The notes under the pieces were generated by a model. It had not been told where the DNA came from. It saw nothing but the letters and a program-made list of their open reading frames with translations, and did no database searches. The position numbers and the translations under genes are program-made. A stretch of DNA of 64,000 bases from Lama guanicoe (lineage: Eukaryota), in the NCBI GenBank assembly GCA_013239625.1, contig MU054212.1, positions 3,224,001 to 3,288,000 of the forward strand. The letters run 5' to 3'. Each line of letters starts with the position of its first letter. Position 1 is the stretch's first letter. This document shows, one piece after another, positions 51,578 through 63,005 of the stretch.

Positions 51578-53399
51578 ACTTCCTTTCTGTTTGCCTAGTA
51601 AGAATATTTATTGATATACCTATCTGCATACACCAATATATACTGATTTTTTTCCCTTAAAGCAGGGCTTACCTAGATTCCGTCTTCCCTAAGATGGCTT
51701 GCTCAACTATGCCTATAAGTATGTTCTGTTATCCAGCACTGTGGCATCTAAATGGCACCTAAACTTGTTCCTGTTCAGGAAAAAGAATAAAACTTGTCAT
51801 TATTAGGAGTACGGTTAATCTGTGCACAATCTATGGAGATTAACATGGACTTCGGTTTTATACAAGTATTACAAAATTATCCCCTGTCCAGGTTGCCGAC
51901 CCAAACTGAAGTGGAGATTGGCCAGTCATCCAGCAATTTCAAACGTGTAAACCATCAACTGCGGTACCCATTTGAAACAACATTCAAACATTCCCCCAGG
52001 CTTCAAAACCAAAACCGTTATCGTTTATGGCTGGAATTATACAGAAACCCTCTGAACTGAAATACTGGAAAGATCCAACAGCTAGTTCTTGCTAAATACT
52101 TAAAAATTATCTTAGTTTCCCTGAGTAGGTTTACTTTTAAAGGATACGTTAGAAGAATCTATACTGAATTAAGAGCTTTAATACTATTTAGGGTTCATTT
52201 TGTGTATGAAGGCAACAGGGGAAACATTTCATTACCAAAGGTAATGATATGAGTCCAATCAGACTCTATGCCTGTGAAGTCAGAGTCTGCTCGCCTTAAA
52301 TAGCAATTTATTTGGCTAATGGACACACAGCCCTGTCCAGCTTTTCATCTGAGGGAGACAGGCACATTTCTCTGCTCTCTCCCAGGCTCTTAATCATCTC
52401 CTCATTAGTGGGTGAAGAAAACTGGTAAGGTCAGAGGTGACCTTCATTTTCCTCTCTGAGATGTCAGCACAGTTTTCATTCCTGCTAGCCCCAGCTTTTT
52501 CCTTTTTTATCTTAAAAAAATCCTCATCTGACTCATCTTTTCCTTCGCATTGACCTGCATCAAAGGTTTGGGACTTAGTCGGGGAAGCTCACATTTCACG
52601 GACTGCAAAAAGACGATCAAGAAAGTGTGCTTAGATCAGTGGATATGGATTTACTGCTTTCGGACTTTGCAGTGTACTCCATAATCTTGTAAGACCATCC
52701 TCCGTCAACCTGGTTGACTACCCGAGTCTCCTAGAAGACTTGTTAATTATCTAGTACACTTTATGTGTAGGAGAAGAGGCTCGCCAACACGTGGGTCCTT
52801 AGAAAGCAATAAGAGAAAAAATACTGTCGAGCCTTTATTACGTGACAGGTGGAAAGTTAGGCGTCTTCTGTCTGCAACACACTGTACAGAGTAAACACGC
52901 AAGTGGCGGTCAAGGGAAGGGCTGCAGAAAGCAGCGCTCGCAGGCTGCAGGCTCAACGCACGTGGCCTCCAGAAGGGGCTGAAAGTGGGCCTTTACCTGA
53001 TAATAGAGACAGAGTGGGAGACACTCCAGGAGGGAAGAGAAATAAATATCATCCGAACACCTAAGGCAATAAGCTATTTTCTGGCAAAATCTTTAAGCGG
53101 TATTCAGTGGGAGATGTGATTTCAGAAAAAGCAAGCCAGGCATGGACACAGTGCAGAGGGCAGCTCCTTCTGATGCAGCCTGCCCACAAAGACAGGTAGC
53201 GGAGCATCCTGGGGTGGGCGGGGAGGGTGCAGGTGAGCCCTGGAAGGGAGCGAGAACACTGACAAGGGTCTTCCCACTGGCTTCAGCACCTGGAAGCTTA
53301 GATTTGCACAACAGCAAGAATCTGGCCATCCCAGGGTAGGGGAGTAACTTTCTAGCTTGATTTACCGTAGTGGACATAGCTGAGTGCCTCCCCTCCACT

Positions 53400-53845
53400 C
53401 ACTCCTCCTCTCATTCCACGGTGGTACTCAACCCTCCTCTCACATGGATGACGCACAACTGACATAAACAAATCATCTTGGTCCCATGCCCCTTGCTCTA
53501 GGTGGTCACTTGACGTTTCTGGCCAGTGACATGTGAGATGAATTCTGTTGAAGAATTTCACTGAGCAGTTTCCCATGCCAAAAACAACCCCAACAGATGG
53601 GAGAACACATTTCCTTTTCTTTCAGTGGATGTTGTCACATGTGTGTATGATGCCTGGAACAGGAGGATAAAGCCAACGCTGCAAGGACGACCGGAGGGGT
53701 CAGATCCCAGGAGGATATCCCTCAGGCTCACAACTAAGGTACCACGGAACCACCCCATCCCGAGATTTCTTGTCATGGCTTATTTAACCTTTTTATGTTT
53801 CAGTTACAGTTTTTGGTTACTTGCAGCTGAAAGCATCCTGTATTA
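53400..53845 (+). mobile_element. MaLR LTR (MLT1J/K-like)
   Basis: ttctggccagtgacatgtgagatgaa...tgatgcctggaac...gttacttgcagctgaaagcatcct. Confidence 0.7.
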
Positions 53846-53871
53846 TCCACAGGTTAACCACAAAGTAAGAG

Positions 53872-53946
53872 TATTCTATGCTAAATAAACTGCGAATGCT
53901 AAATGAGTTTTAGGATTGCTAATGATTATTCTATGCTAAATAAACT
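53872..53946. repeat. 20-bp perfect direct repeat tattctatgctaaataaact, two copies
   Basis: Copies at 53872-53891 and 53927-53946. Confidence 0.9.
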
Positions 53947-54024
53947 AGAAATAAAACCTGAAGGAAAGGAAAGAGCATTGCCTTTAGGATGGTCCCAGGA
54001 ATTGTCTCCACAATTCTACTACCA

Positions 54025-54440
54025 CTCCCCAGCCAGGGGCTGCACTTTAGAGGGCCTGGCCTCGTGCTCTTCCAGACACATCACCTCACACAGGGCGAGA
54101 AGGACCAGACTGTTTGCCCAGAGAGTCCACGCCTTACCTAGACTGTGCACTGAGTAGCTGGGACGCCAGATTCCCCTGGCCATGCGGGGTCTGAATGGGC
54201 TTCCTCCCCGGATCAGGTCTCTAGAAGGGCTGGGGAACCAGACCGCATCATTGGCATAAGGTCTGTGGGGTGTTTAGAGGATGCCTGGGGCCGGGATGGG
54301 TGTGCAGACTAGACCCAGTGCATGTGTCTGAGGCCCCTCTCAGTGGTGGAGGGGTGGTGACGGAGGGGAGCAATGGAGGTAGAAAGAAGAGGGGGCTTAC
54401 ACTGGTTCTCCTGCCCCAGCCCAGCGATTACAGGGCAGGT
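54025..54440. mobile_element. hAT-Tip100 (MER115-like) DNA transposon relic
   Basis: gcactttagagggcc...cagggcgag...ctagactgtgc...gggacgccagattccc resembles recalled MER115. Confidence 0.5.
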
Positions 54441-54499
54441 GTGTCATGACACACACACCAAGGGTAGTTCCTTTGAGAGCGCACAGGAATGATGGGCAC

Positions 54500-54680
54500 A
54501 TAGACTCTGTCTCGCTGAATTCGCACAGCAGTTCAAGGGAGGGGAAGGGAAGGTGTCTGTCCACATTTTATAAATAAGGATAATGAAGGCTCAGAGAGGT
54601 GAACTTAGGCCTAAGATTACCCAGTAAGTGTCAGATCATGGACTTGAATCCAGGACCCTCAAAGTTCTCACTGTTTACCA
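54500..54680 (-). mobile_element. MIR relic
   Basis: cattttataaataaggataatgaaggctcagagaggtgaacttaggcctaagattacccag...ggacttgaatccagg. Confidence 0.7.
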
Positions 54681-54860
54681 CATGTGCTCCCTCTGATTTT
54701 TCCATGACTTTGGTTTAATTTCTGTACGAAATTGAAAGACACAGTCTGTTTAAACTACCCTTTTCATTTGTGTGGTCTCTAGCTTCCTATCTCAAGATCA
54801 CTTAGAAGGGGGTAAATACAAATGATTGAAATCCAAACAAATTTCTTTATGAATGGATCA

Positions 54861-54914
54861 TTTTTAAAAATTTTTAAAAAAATTTTTTGGGGGAGGGAGG
54901 TAATCAGGATTGTT

Positions 54915-54957
<43 letters not shown>

Positions 54958-55053
54958 TCAATTTTCTTTATTTATTTAATGGAGGTACTGAGGATTGAAC
55001 TCAGGACTCATGCATGCTAGGCACGTATTCTGTCACTGAGCTATGCCCTCCCT
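54861..55053 (-). mobile_element. tRNA-Ala-derived SINE, long-tail form with expanded (TTTA)n
   Basis: aatggaggtactgaggattgaactcaggactcatgcatgctaggcacgtattctgtcactgagctatgccctccc, preceded by (TTTA)n and ggggagggaggtaatcagg. Confidence 0.88.
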
Positions 55054-58000
55054 TGAATCACTGTTGAATTTATTTGCTCTTGAAAAAAGTTGAAAATGTT
55101 CTCAGTAAAGACTATACTGGTATAAAGTAAATAAAGTGGGACAAAGAAGCCTCTCCTTCTCGCATGGTATTACGGGACACAGATGATCCGCTGTCATTTG
55201 TATAAAATGTTCTCTGAAGTTTTTGGGAAATGGGTCAATTCTATTCTTCTTCCTTTGTTGTGCAAAATATGTAAGTTTTATTTTCCATAAAATTATCTGA
55301 ACTGGCTGCTTCCATAGCCCCAATCTGTCACTTTCATTTTAAATTCTCCAATTCACTATTTGCTACAGATTAAAAAAAAAAAAGTTAGGAGGTGATTTGC
55401 ATATTTTTTTTTTTTGGTAAATTTCAGTTTTTTATCTTCCAGTCGAACCAACTGTATTTAAATCTGGGTGAGGGCGGTGGAGGGGAGGCCTGCATCTTCG
55501 CAGGGTAGTTCTGAAAGGGGAGACGTCATTCCCACGTGTGTCCGATCCAAGCATACTCTCAGGGACACCTAAGAGATTTCTCCCAGAATACTGAATACCT
55601 AATGGAAAACACTTTGATAATTGTTTTAACTCTGTCATGACACTGTCAAATATTTGGGGGGAAAAAAATCAAATCTGAGCAATAACAGGCAGGCTGACAT
55701 CAGCTCCTGAGACGCTGATGGGAAATCCTGGAAAAGTGTTAATAGATAAACACAGAAGAGTCATTTCAAGAGATGAAGGAAATGTTACAAAATCCAGACC
55801 ACACACTTGTAATATCTAAGCCTTAGAGTTAAAAAACTGCAGGCCATGAGCTCTGCCATCATTTTTCTGGAGTCGGCCTGACGGAGCCAGGTTGCTCTGT
55901 CTGGCTTCCAACGATATCTACTCACCCGGATGCCACCCTGGTTATTAACACGGGCACAGCACCCTGTTTCCTGAGATTCGGAGCAGTTGTATTTTTGTAG
56001 CAGGAAGTACTATTTGGGCTTTGAACCAAACGGCAAGGCTAGCTTTAACTCAAGAAAGTTCAAAACTTAGAATTTTGTTCTTGGTGTCCAAATGATGCCG
56101 CCATGGATGGGTGAACCGTTCATCTAAAGAAACATGGTGTATATTTTTATTTTTTGCCATTTCGGAAATATCTGACAGTATTGCACATGACACCATAAGC
56201 AGTGAAAAGAAGCAGGGAATACAGAGGTTTCTTCTGTTCAGCTGATCCTGCCTTTGGTAATGACCAACACTTTCGTCCCCTGGCTGGTCTCCAGAGTCTT
56301 TCACTTAATCCCATATTCAACAGGACACTGCTTGGGGTGAGGCTGGCACATGGGTACTCGTTCACCCTATGATGCACATGCAATCTGAAATAGACTGCCA
56401 GCAGCTCAGGGCAGGAGGAGAAGAGGCCAGACCTGCTAGGCTATTTGCCTAGCCTACATTTCAAGCACGCATACCACCTCCTAAGCCGGACACAGGCTAT
56501 ACGTATCCCCTGGCAAGACGTTTAGTTTTGGGGGCACACAGGTAAGTGTTGTAATGTATCAACCCGAGGGAGAGAGAGAAGACTGGGCACCTGGAGCTTT
56601 TCTTTCTGTGTTTAAATGACAGAAAACTCTCTGATAAACATCTTACCATTTCGTCTTTAAGGCTAGATAATTCCATGGAACGGAATTAAAATACATATGA
56701 AGGATGTTTGCTGGGTGGACTATCTCACAGGCAACTACATTTGGTCTGACTTCGGTCTGCGTTCAAAGGACTGCAAGGGTCTTCGGGGGTAGTATTTCTC
56801 CCCCCTCCCCCAATTCTGGAAAATCAGAATTTTAGACCTGACTTTTGTCATTCTGTTATCTTTCATAATCACTGTGTGAAAATAAATGTGCACTGAAAAG
56901 ACCAATGTTAACAGGAAAGAGGGTTTGCTATTAATGACAAAACAAATAGTAGCCACTCTTGGCCTTCAAGGAGAGTGGCAGAATGCCATCCCCAGGGAAA
57001 CTGGCTCCTTAGGAAAGTTCTCCGGTGTCTTAAAAATCCACTTTGGTGATGACAGTGAGGCTCCTTGGATAGTTTAGTTGCGAGAGGGCGGAGGGAAGGA
57101 AAGGGGGATTTTTCTGTATGATGAAATAAAACGAATAGTGGAGTTGTTTATTCATCTTCTTTGAGAGGTTAAATAACTGAAAAAAGTAAAGAGAAATGTA
57201 GTCTAAACAGGGAGGGGCTTATATATGAATATGGTGATCAGTTGGGACCAAAGGAAAGATATAACCAATAATAAATTCCCATTTTAGGAAATGGCAAACA
57301 AACATTTAGAACCACAAAAACGACTTTCAGTATAAGTTGTTTTCAATTCTGTGAAGTGTTGAACCCCAAGCTACGGACCTCCCAAATCAACAAAAAAGCT
57401 GGTTAGGCATCATAGCGATGTGAGAGGGTGGCAAAAGGCTTTGGACTGAAAGACTGGAGAGTGCTAGATTCTAGGAGACAAAATGTGGAGCGGGAGCATA
57501 AGCAGAGCACAGAATAGCCGAGGAGCAGGAGGAATGGCAAGCCCCCTGGGCGGCCAAAGGACACTGGACTTTACAGAGCATGGGGAAAGATTCTGTTTAT
57601 TTGATTATCAAAAGAATGGCCGACTCAAGAAGGGTAGAAGAACTTTAAGTTTGGGCAACAAAATCAAAAGGCAAAGAGCATGTTGTCAGGTGGCTCTTAC
57701 TGACTCACATGTTTTGAGCATTACTTGCTAGGTATGAACAAGGCAAAGTAGAGGGGGGGCCTGCATGTGGATCCTCGCTCTTCCACTTAAAAGTTAATGA
57801 GATCTGGGCCGACTGCTTTCCCCTCTGCATCTCCATCTCCTCATGTTCAAGATGGAAGCAATAATACAAAACTATTAGCGTTATCATAAAAATGAGAAGA
57901 AACGTTGACTATTACGTTTTCAATAAATGCTGAATCCAAAATCACAACTTTCAAGCCACAGTAAAATAAAAATCAATACGATTCTGTAAACCTGCCAAAA

Positions 58001-60329
58001 ATCCCACTATCCCCAAAATGCCTACACTATTCACAAACCTCCTACACACTCATTATTTAATGAAATGACTTAACTGGTTGGCGATATTTTTACACACAAT
58101 TTCATGTAAATCTAGTGTTTTTTTTTCATTAATGATGTCTCATGACATATTCCACACTGTTTGAATTTCTTATGTATATTTAGATATTAAAAAATAGTTG
58201 TTTCTAAAAAGATTAACTAAACGGGTCTCAGTAAATATCAAGAGCTTCCAGGAACTCACTATGTTCAGGAAACACCTTCAAGTCCTGCTAGTGATTATAT
58301 CTAAGCCTCCCACCTCTGGAGTGGTTTCTCTTTCACGTGTATGATCCCATTTGGTCTTGATGCCGCTGACTTTTGCTGTTGCTGTTAAGACCAGATTTTC
58401 TACATTCAAACCATTAAATTCAAGTAGTTACGATCCAACTTTCTAATTGCCTCTTGAAAGCAAAGTGGTACGATTTCTCACTGCACCACCTGATCAATAC
58501 TTTCACAGTTAAACCAAAGTTTCAAATTCATAAACTCACCTATGGGAATGTTGCTAGTTGGTTATCTGGTTGGCAAACTGTACTGACATCTTAGCACTAC
58601 GGACTTTTTTTGGAAATCCATTCAGTTCAATTTTGTTTAGGAGATTAAGCATTTCTTTGGAGAGCAAAATAGCTAGATCAAAACTGACACGGCGTTAAAT
58701 TTACAGGGCGACGCTTTCTGGTTTGGCGGTTAGGCTTTAATAATATTTTGTGGCAGTAACAACACGCCACTGCCTGACATTTCCCTCCCCTTTAGAAATT
58801 TAAAAAGAAAGAAAACTAAAGAAAAACAAAAAGCTTTCCTGTAACAGGATCAAGGAACTCAACTACTACCTCAATTCTGTCCATTTCAATGCAGGGTTAA
58901 TACCCACCGTATTTCTTTTTCATTTGTCTATTTTCACGGAGAAGTGGACTGTTTTGAGTGTTTCTAGTCCTATGCCTTATCTCCACTTTTCTATAGGCCT
59001 TATGCACTCCTTTGTAAAATGAGAATTTAAAAAGGAGTAGTTACCGTGAGCTTTGAGCGTTAAATCTAACATATGTAGATTGACAGGCCATTTGATTATT
59101 CTGGGAATAGCCATCCAGTTTTTAGTTTATTAAGCCCCTCTGCCCCTCAATCATTTTATTGCATTAACACTAGGGCATGGTCTGGGTTCTGAAACTCAAA
59201 GCAGATTTTTTTTTTATGACTTGTGAGAAAAAAGCAAGTTATAACTACTGCATATTATATTAATTTGGGGACTCTTTTTAAATGATCCATCTTCCCTCTC
59301 TTCCATGCACAAAAGACTCTCATAAATGATTCCGTCTCTTAACTTTCACTGCCTGCTCCTCTCTCTCCCAACCTCAATCGTGCCCCTTTAAGGAACAAGA
59401 ATAAAGTAATGAAAAGTTCCCATATATAATACAAATATTTTTGTGGAAATTAATCTGGAGAAAATAAGAGGAATAAAGAGAGGCAAGGATGATTTCTTTA
59501 TGAAATACTGATCCAATCACTATATCCTAAAAACGTTTTTTGACCACTGAACAGAAGTTATGCCAGTTACACCACAGGAGACATTATTTTCTCTTATGAA
59601 AAGTGAAAAATTGTTAAAAAAAACTTAATCTAAAGATATGCTCCTCCCTTTTAGATCTACAAATAAATGCTGTATGTAAATTAGGGTGGTTTCCCAATAG
59701 GCTGTCGCTTTAAATCCTCTCTTAGCATGGCCATAACCTCCCTGTGCTCTTAACCTTTCCGTTTAACTGTCTGGTAAAATCACATTCTGGGATCAGTCCA
59801 AGTCTCTGCCTTTTCATCTGACTGATCAGTGAAGAAGCAATAAAATACTCGAATGCGCACCTTTCACAAATAAGACGCGTGTCTTCACAAGCACACAGCC
59901 ACAAATTCATGGTATGCAACCCAAATAGGCTGTCGGTGGGGCTGGAAATTCTGGGTTTCCTTAGTTAGTTCTTTTTTCTACCCTTCATTACAAGCATTCC
60001 ATACCTTCTCCTTTATCCAAAGATAAAGAACATCCCCCTATTTCTTACTTTGCAGATTAAAATCGTCACCATCACATGGGTTTCCCATTCAACGTTCTGC
60101 CAATACACCTGCAGCCTTGCAATTCTTACTGCGTTCTCCTTGTCATGATGGAGGAGGGAGCCCTTCCCTCTTCAAGGCTGTTCTTGATCTCCTCCACTCC
60201 AGGGTCCCCAGATTATTTCCTTTCTCATTTGTTTCCCATTAGATCCTCGCCATCAATATTTAAATGTGATGCAGTCTCTGCTTTATAACAAAAGAACAAA
60301 GTCCCTCTCCCTGCAAGACGCTACATCAC

Positions 60330-60620
60330 TGTCCATCCGCAATGCCCTGCAGGCTCCTGCGACAGCTCCATGGGGCCAGTCCCCAAGTGTCAGCCTCTCC
60401 GTCTGAGTCCCAGCTCCTGCTGGTCCACTTCTGCCGACTGCTCTGGCTTCTGGGCTCCAGTAACATTATTTCCGCCCCCCCAGTCCTGGTGGCGGTAGTG
60501 CCCTCTGCTCTCGCTAATCCTGCTGCCCCATGATGCATTGTTGGCCCCTCCAGCTCCTCTGGCACCTGTGTAACCAGAGGAATTATTTTCTAACTGGATC
60601 CTATTCTTTTTCTTTTTTTC
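60330..60620 (+). mobile_element. ERVL LTR relic (LTR33-like)
   Basis: ctgggctccagtaacattatttcc...ggtggcggtagt...gctaatcct...ttgttggcccct...cacctgtgtaa matches recalled LTR33. Confidence 0.6.
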
Positions 60621-61209
60621 CTGAAATTATGCCTCCTTTCTACTCAGCCTTCTTCCATCATTGATACATGTCACTATTTCATTCACCCTTCAGGGCCCAA
60701 GTCCAATCCACCTTTTAAAGCTCTCTGATACTACTTTAAATCTTCAAACTTACTTGATAAATGCTTATGCATATGTGTCTACTGTCCTTGGGCACTGGGG
60801 CACACTCCTGAGGAAGGGAGGAATCACCCGCAATGTGAGATTTATCCTAAGACAATGTCTGTCTTACCGGGTCCTCAATACATTCATTCTTGCATTTTTT
60901 CAATTCAAAAATTTAATTTATCGTTTCTTTTGTAGAAACCAGTATTTCCATGGAAATATCTGTATTTCTCATACGAACCCAGTGTTGAGAAAGCTACTGC
61001 CAAGACAAAATGGACCGTGTGCTATTCCAATAAAAGTGGCACGATCGCTTAAAGACATACAAACAAAGGACAGCATTAATACAATAATAGACGTCCTGGG
61101 GTGGGGGTGGGGGGTCCTCTATTTTCCTGAGTCTAAGACTGTATCAATGCTAGACAGCTTCACAGTTAGTGTAAGGAGTCTCTCCACTTGCCCTCCTTCC
61201 CACCAGACA

Positions 61210-61640
61210 CACGTTTATATACGGCGTATGTGATGATCAGCTGGGCGTCTACACCATTTGCAGTCTCCTCTATCTGAAGACGACGCTTTCCCGGCTCAGC
61301 CGCGTGTGAGAGCGCGGCTTTCAGGATGCAGGTCGGCTCGGTAGTTACTTCCATGCTGGGCAGCGCGGGGACTCTTCTCTGACGGGGCTACAGCGGGGCC
61401 TTAAGGCGGGTAGTTGGGAAAGGGTGCGCCAGCCCTGGGGCAGGCATGTGCCCAGGGGTGGCTTAGAGGGGCGCTGGAGGGCCGACGCGGGAGGGGCCGC
61501 GGGAGGGAGGGGCCAGGCACTCATTCCCGGACTGACGGTCAGTCCCCGCAGCAGCCCCTTCCCGCTCGCGCCCCCTGTCGGCCTCCCCAGGAAACTATTT
61601 GCGGCTTCTGACATTTCACGCATCTCTCAACCGTGTTTTA
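61210..61640. promoter_or_regulatory. Intragenic GC/CpG-rich island
   Basis: About 400 bp of dense CpG and G-runs in an otherwise AT-rich, CpG-depleted intron. Confidence 0.55.
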
Positions 61641-61772
61641 CTTACTTTTCATGACTACATCTATTTTTTTTCCTCCTGTATACAGGGCAGTCCATCATAC
61701 GTTCTATTTCTCTGGGTTCACATTTATTATCTCCTCTTGTCTTACTTTTTTCTAATCTCAGTCGTGTCCACA

Positions 61773-61791
61773 ACTCCACGAGGGGGAGCTG
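61773..61791 (+). promoter_or_regulatory. CTCF motif
   Basis: ACTCCACGAGGGGGAGCTG versus TGGCCACCAGGGGGCGCTA. Motif only. Confidence 0.45.
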
Positions 61792-62639
61792 GTATAATTC
61801 ATCCTTGATAAGTTGGAACTGAGTTACAACTGACACAGAACAACTTGTCTCACCTAAGGTAGCCTATCTGGTGACAAAGTTAAGAACAGAACACAGATAA
61901 TTCATATTTTATCGTAGCACTTTTGAATATGACATCTCGCTGTTTACCATTCCCTTCAAATGAGTGAAAGTTTGAGACTAACATCCTTACGTTATAAACC
62001 ACGGAAGCAACTTTCTCCCAAAAGGTATGTTATTTTGAAACCTGTGATTTATTTTGGGCAGCTTAGCTTGAAGCATCTTTTCTTAAATTCACCTCATTTT
62101 ATTCTCTATTATTTATCCCAGATATCTGAATCTACATGTAGACGATCTACTAAGTAAATGATGGAGTGTGTTATTCCAATAAAAGTGGTGGTTATTCCAA
62201 TAAATGACTGGTGTGTATTTTCAAACAAAGACAAAACTATAAAAACGCCTTCAAGTTAATGAGAGTGACTTGTAACAAATTACATTTAAAAAAACAGCCT
62301 TGGAGGGGTATGAGTTTTTGGGGTGTGTTCCTTTGCAGAATTGAATAAAAGTGGACTCGACTAATGTTATCCTTTCTTCTTCTGACAAATAGTGACTTCC
62401 GCTGGGAGATGATGATCACCATAGCTGCCTACCCTCCTGACCCCTCCCCCACCCCCAAACCCTGACATTCACGTGGTGCTCCTGGCCTGCCTCTGGGTAG
62501 TAGGACTGGGCGGTTTGCGTCCTGATGTTGGGATTCTACTTGTAAGAAACACAGTTGCTCTTTTCTGTTCCTAGCTTTGCATAAGCAACAATTTTTACGC
62601 TCTGTTTTTTAATGTATTATTGAGTTTGGAAGAGAGCAT

Positions 62640-63005
62640 AACAATACATAAGATTTAATATATATATTAAGTCTTAATATAAGGTAAGTAATGTTAATAC
62701 ACAATACTGTATAATTTATACATAATTATATAAGTGTATGTTATAGTTATTACAATATAATTATATAACTATATATAATTATATAACTATATAAAACTAT
62801 ATAACTATAACATAGTTATATAACCATAACAGTTATATAATTATACATTTTTATATAAAATAGTCATAAGTGTATATTTCATATAAAATATAATTATATA
62901 TTACATCTTTTATGTAATATATAATTATATAAATGTTATATATAATACTATCTAACATCTATGTAAATCTTATATATTTATAAACTGAGAACATAGCAAT
63001 ATATA
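62640..63005. repeat. AT-rich low-complexity tract (TATAA-like units)
   Basis: Read directly from the sequence. Confidence 0.85.

Noticed and set aside
13455..57710. About eleven AP-1 heptamers (TGASTCA)
   Set aside because: They are scattered, and the count is close to chance expectation for a 7-mer in 64 kb.
60661..61233. 190-aa plus-strand ORF
   Set aside because: It starts at TTG, is antisense to CHST9, has no recognisable domain and has intron-like composition.
61255..61354. ATG-containing first exon spliced in frame to exon 3 via AATG|gtgtag
   Set aside because: The phase would fit, but gtgtag is a very poor donor.
61438..61460. p53 response element (AGGCATGTGC)
   Set aside because: Only one imperfect half-site.
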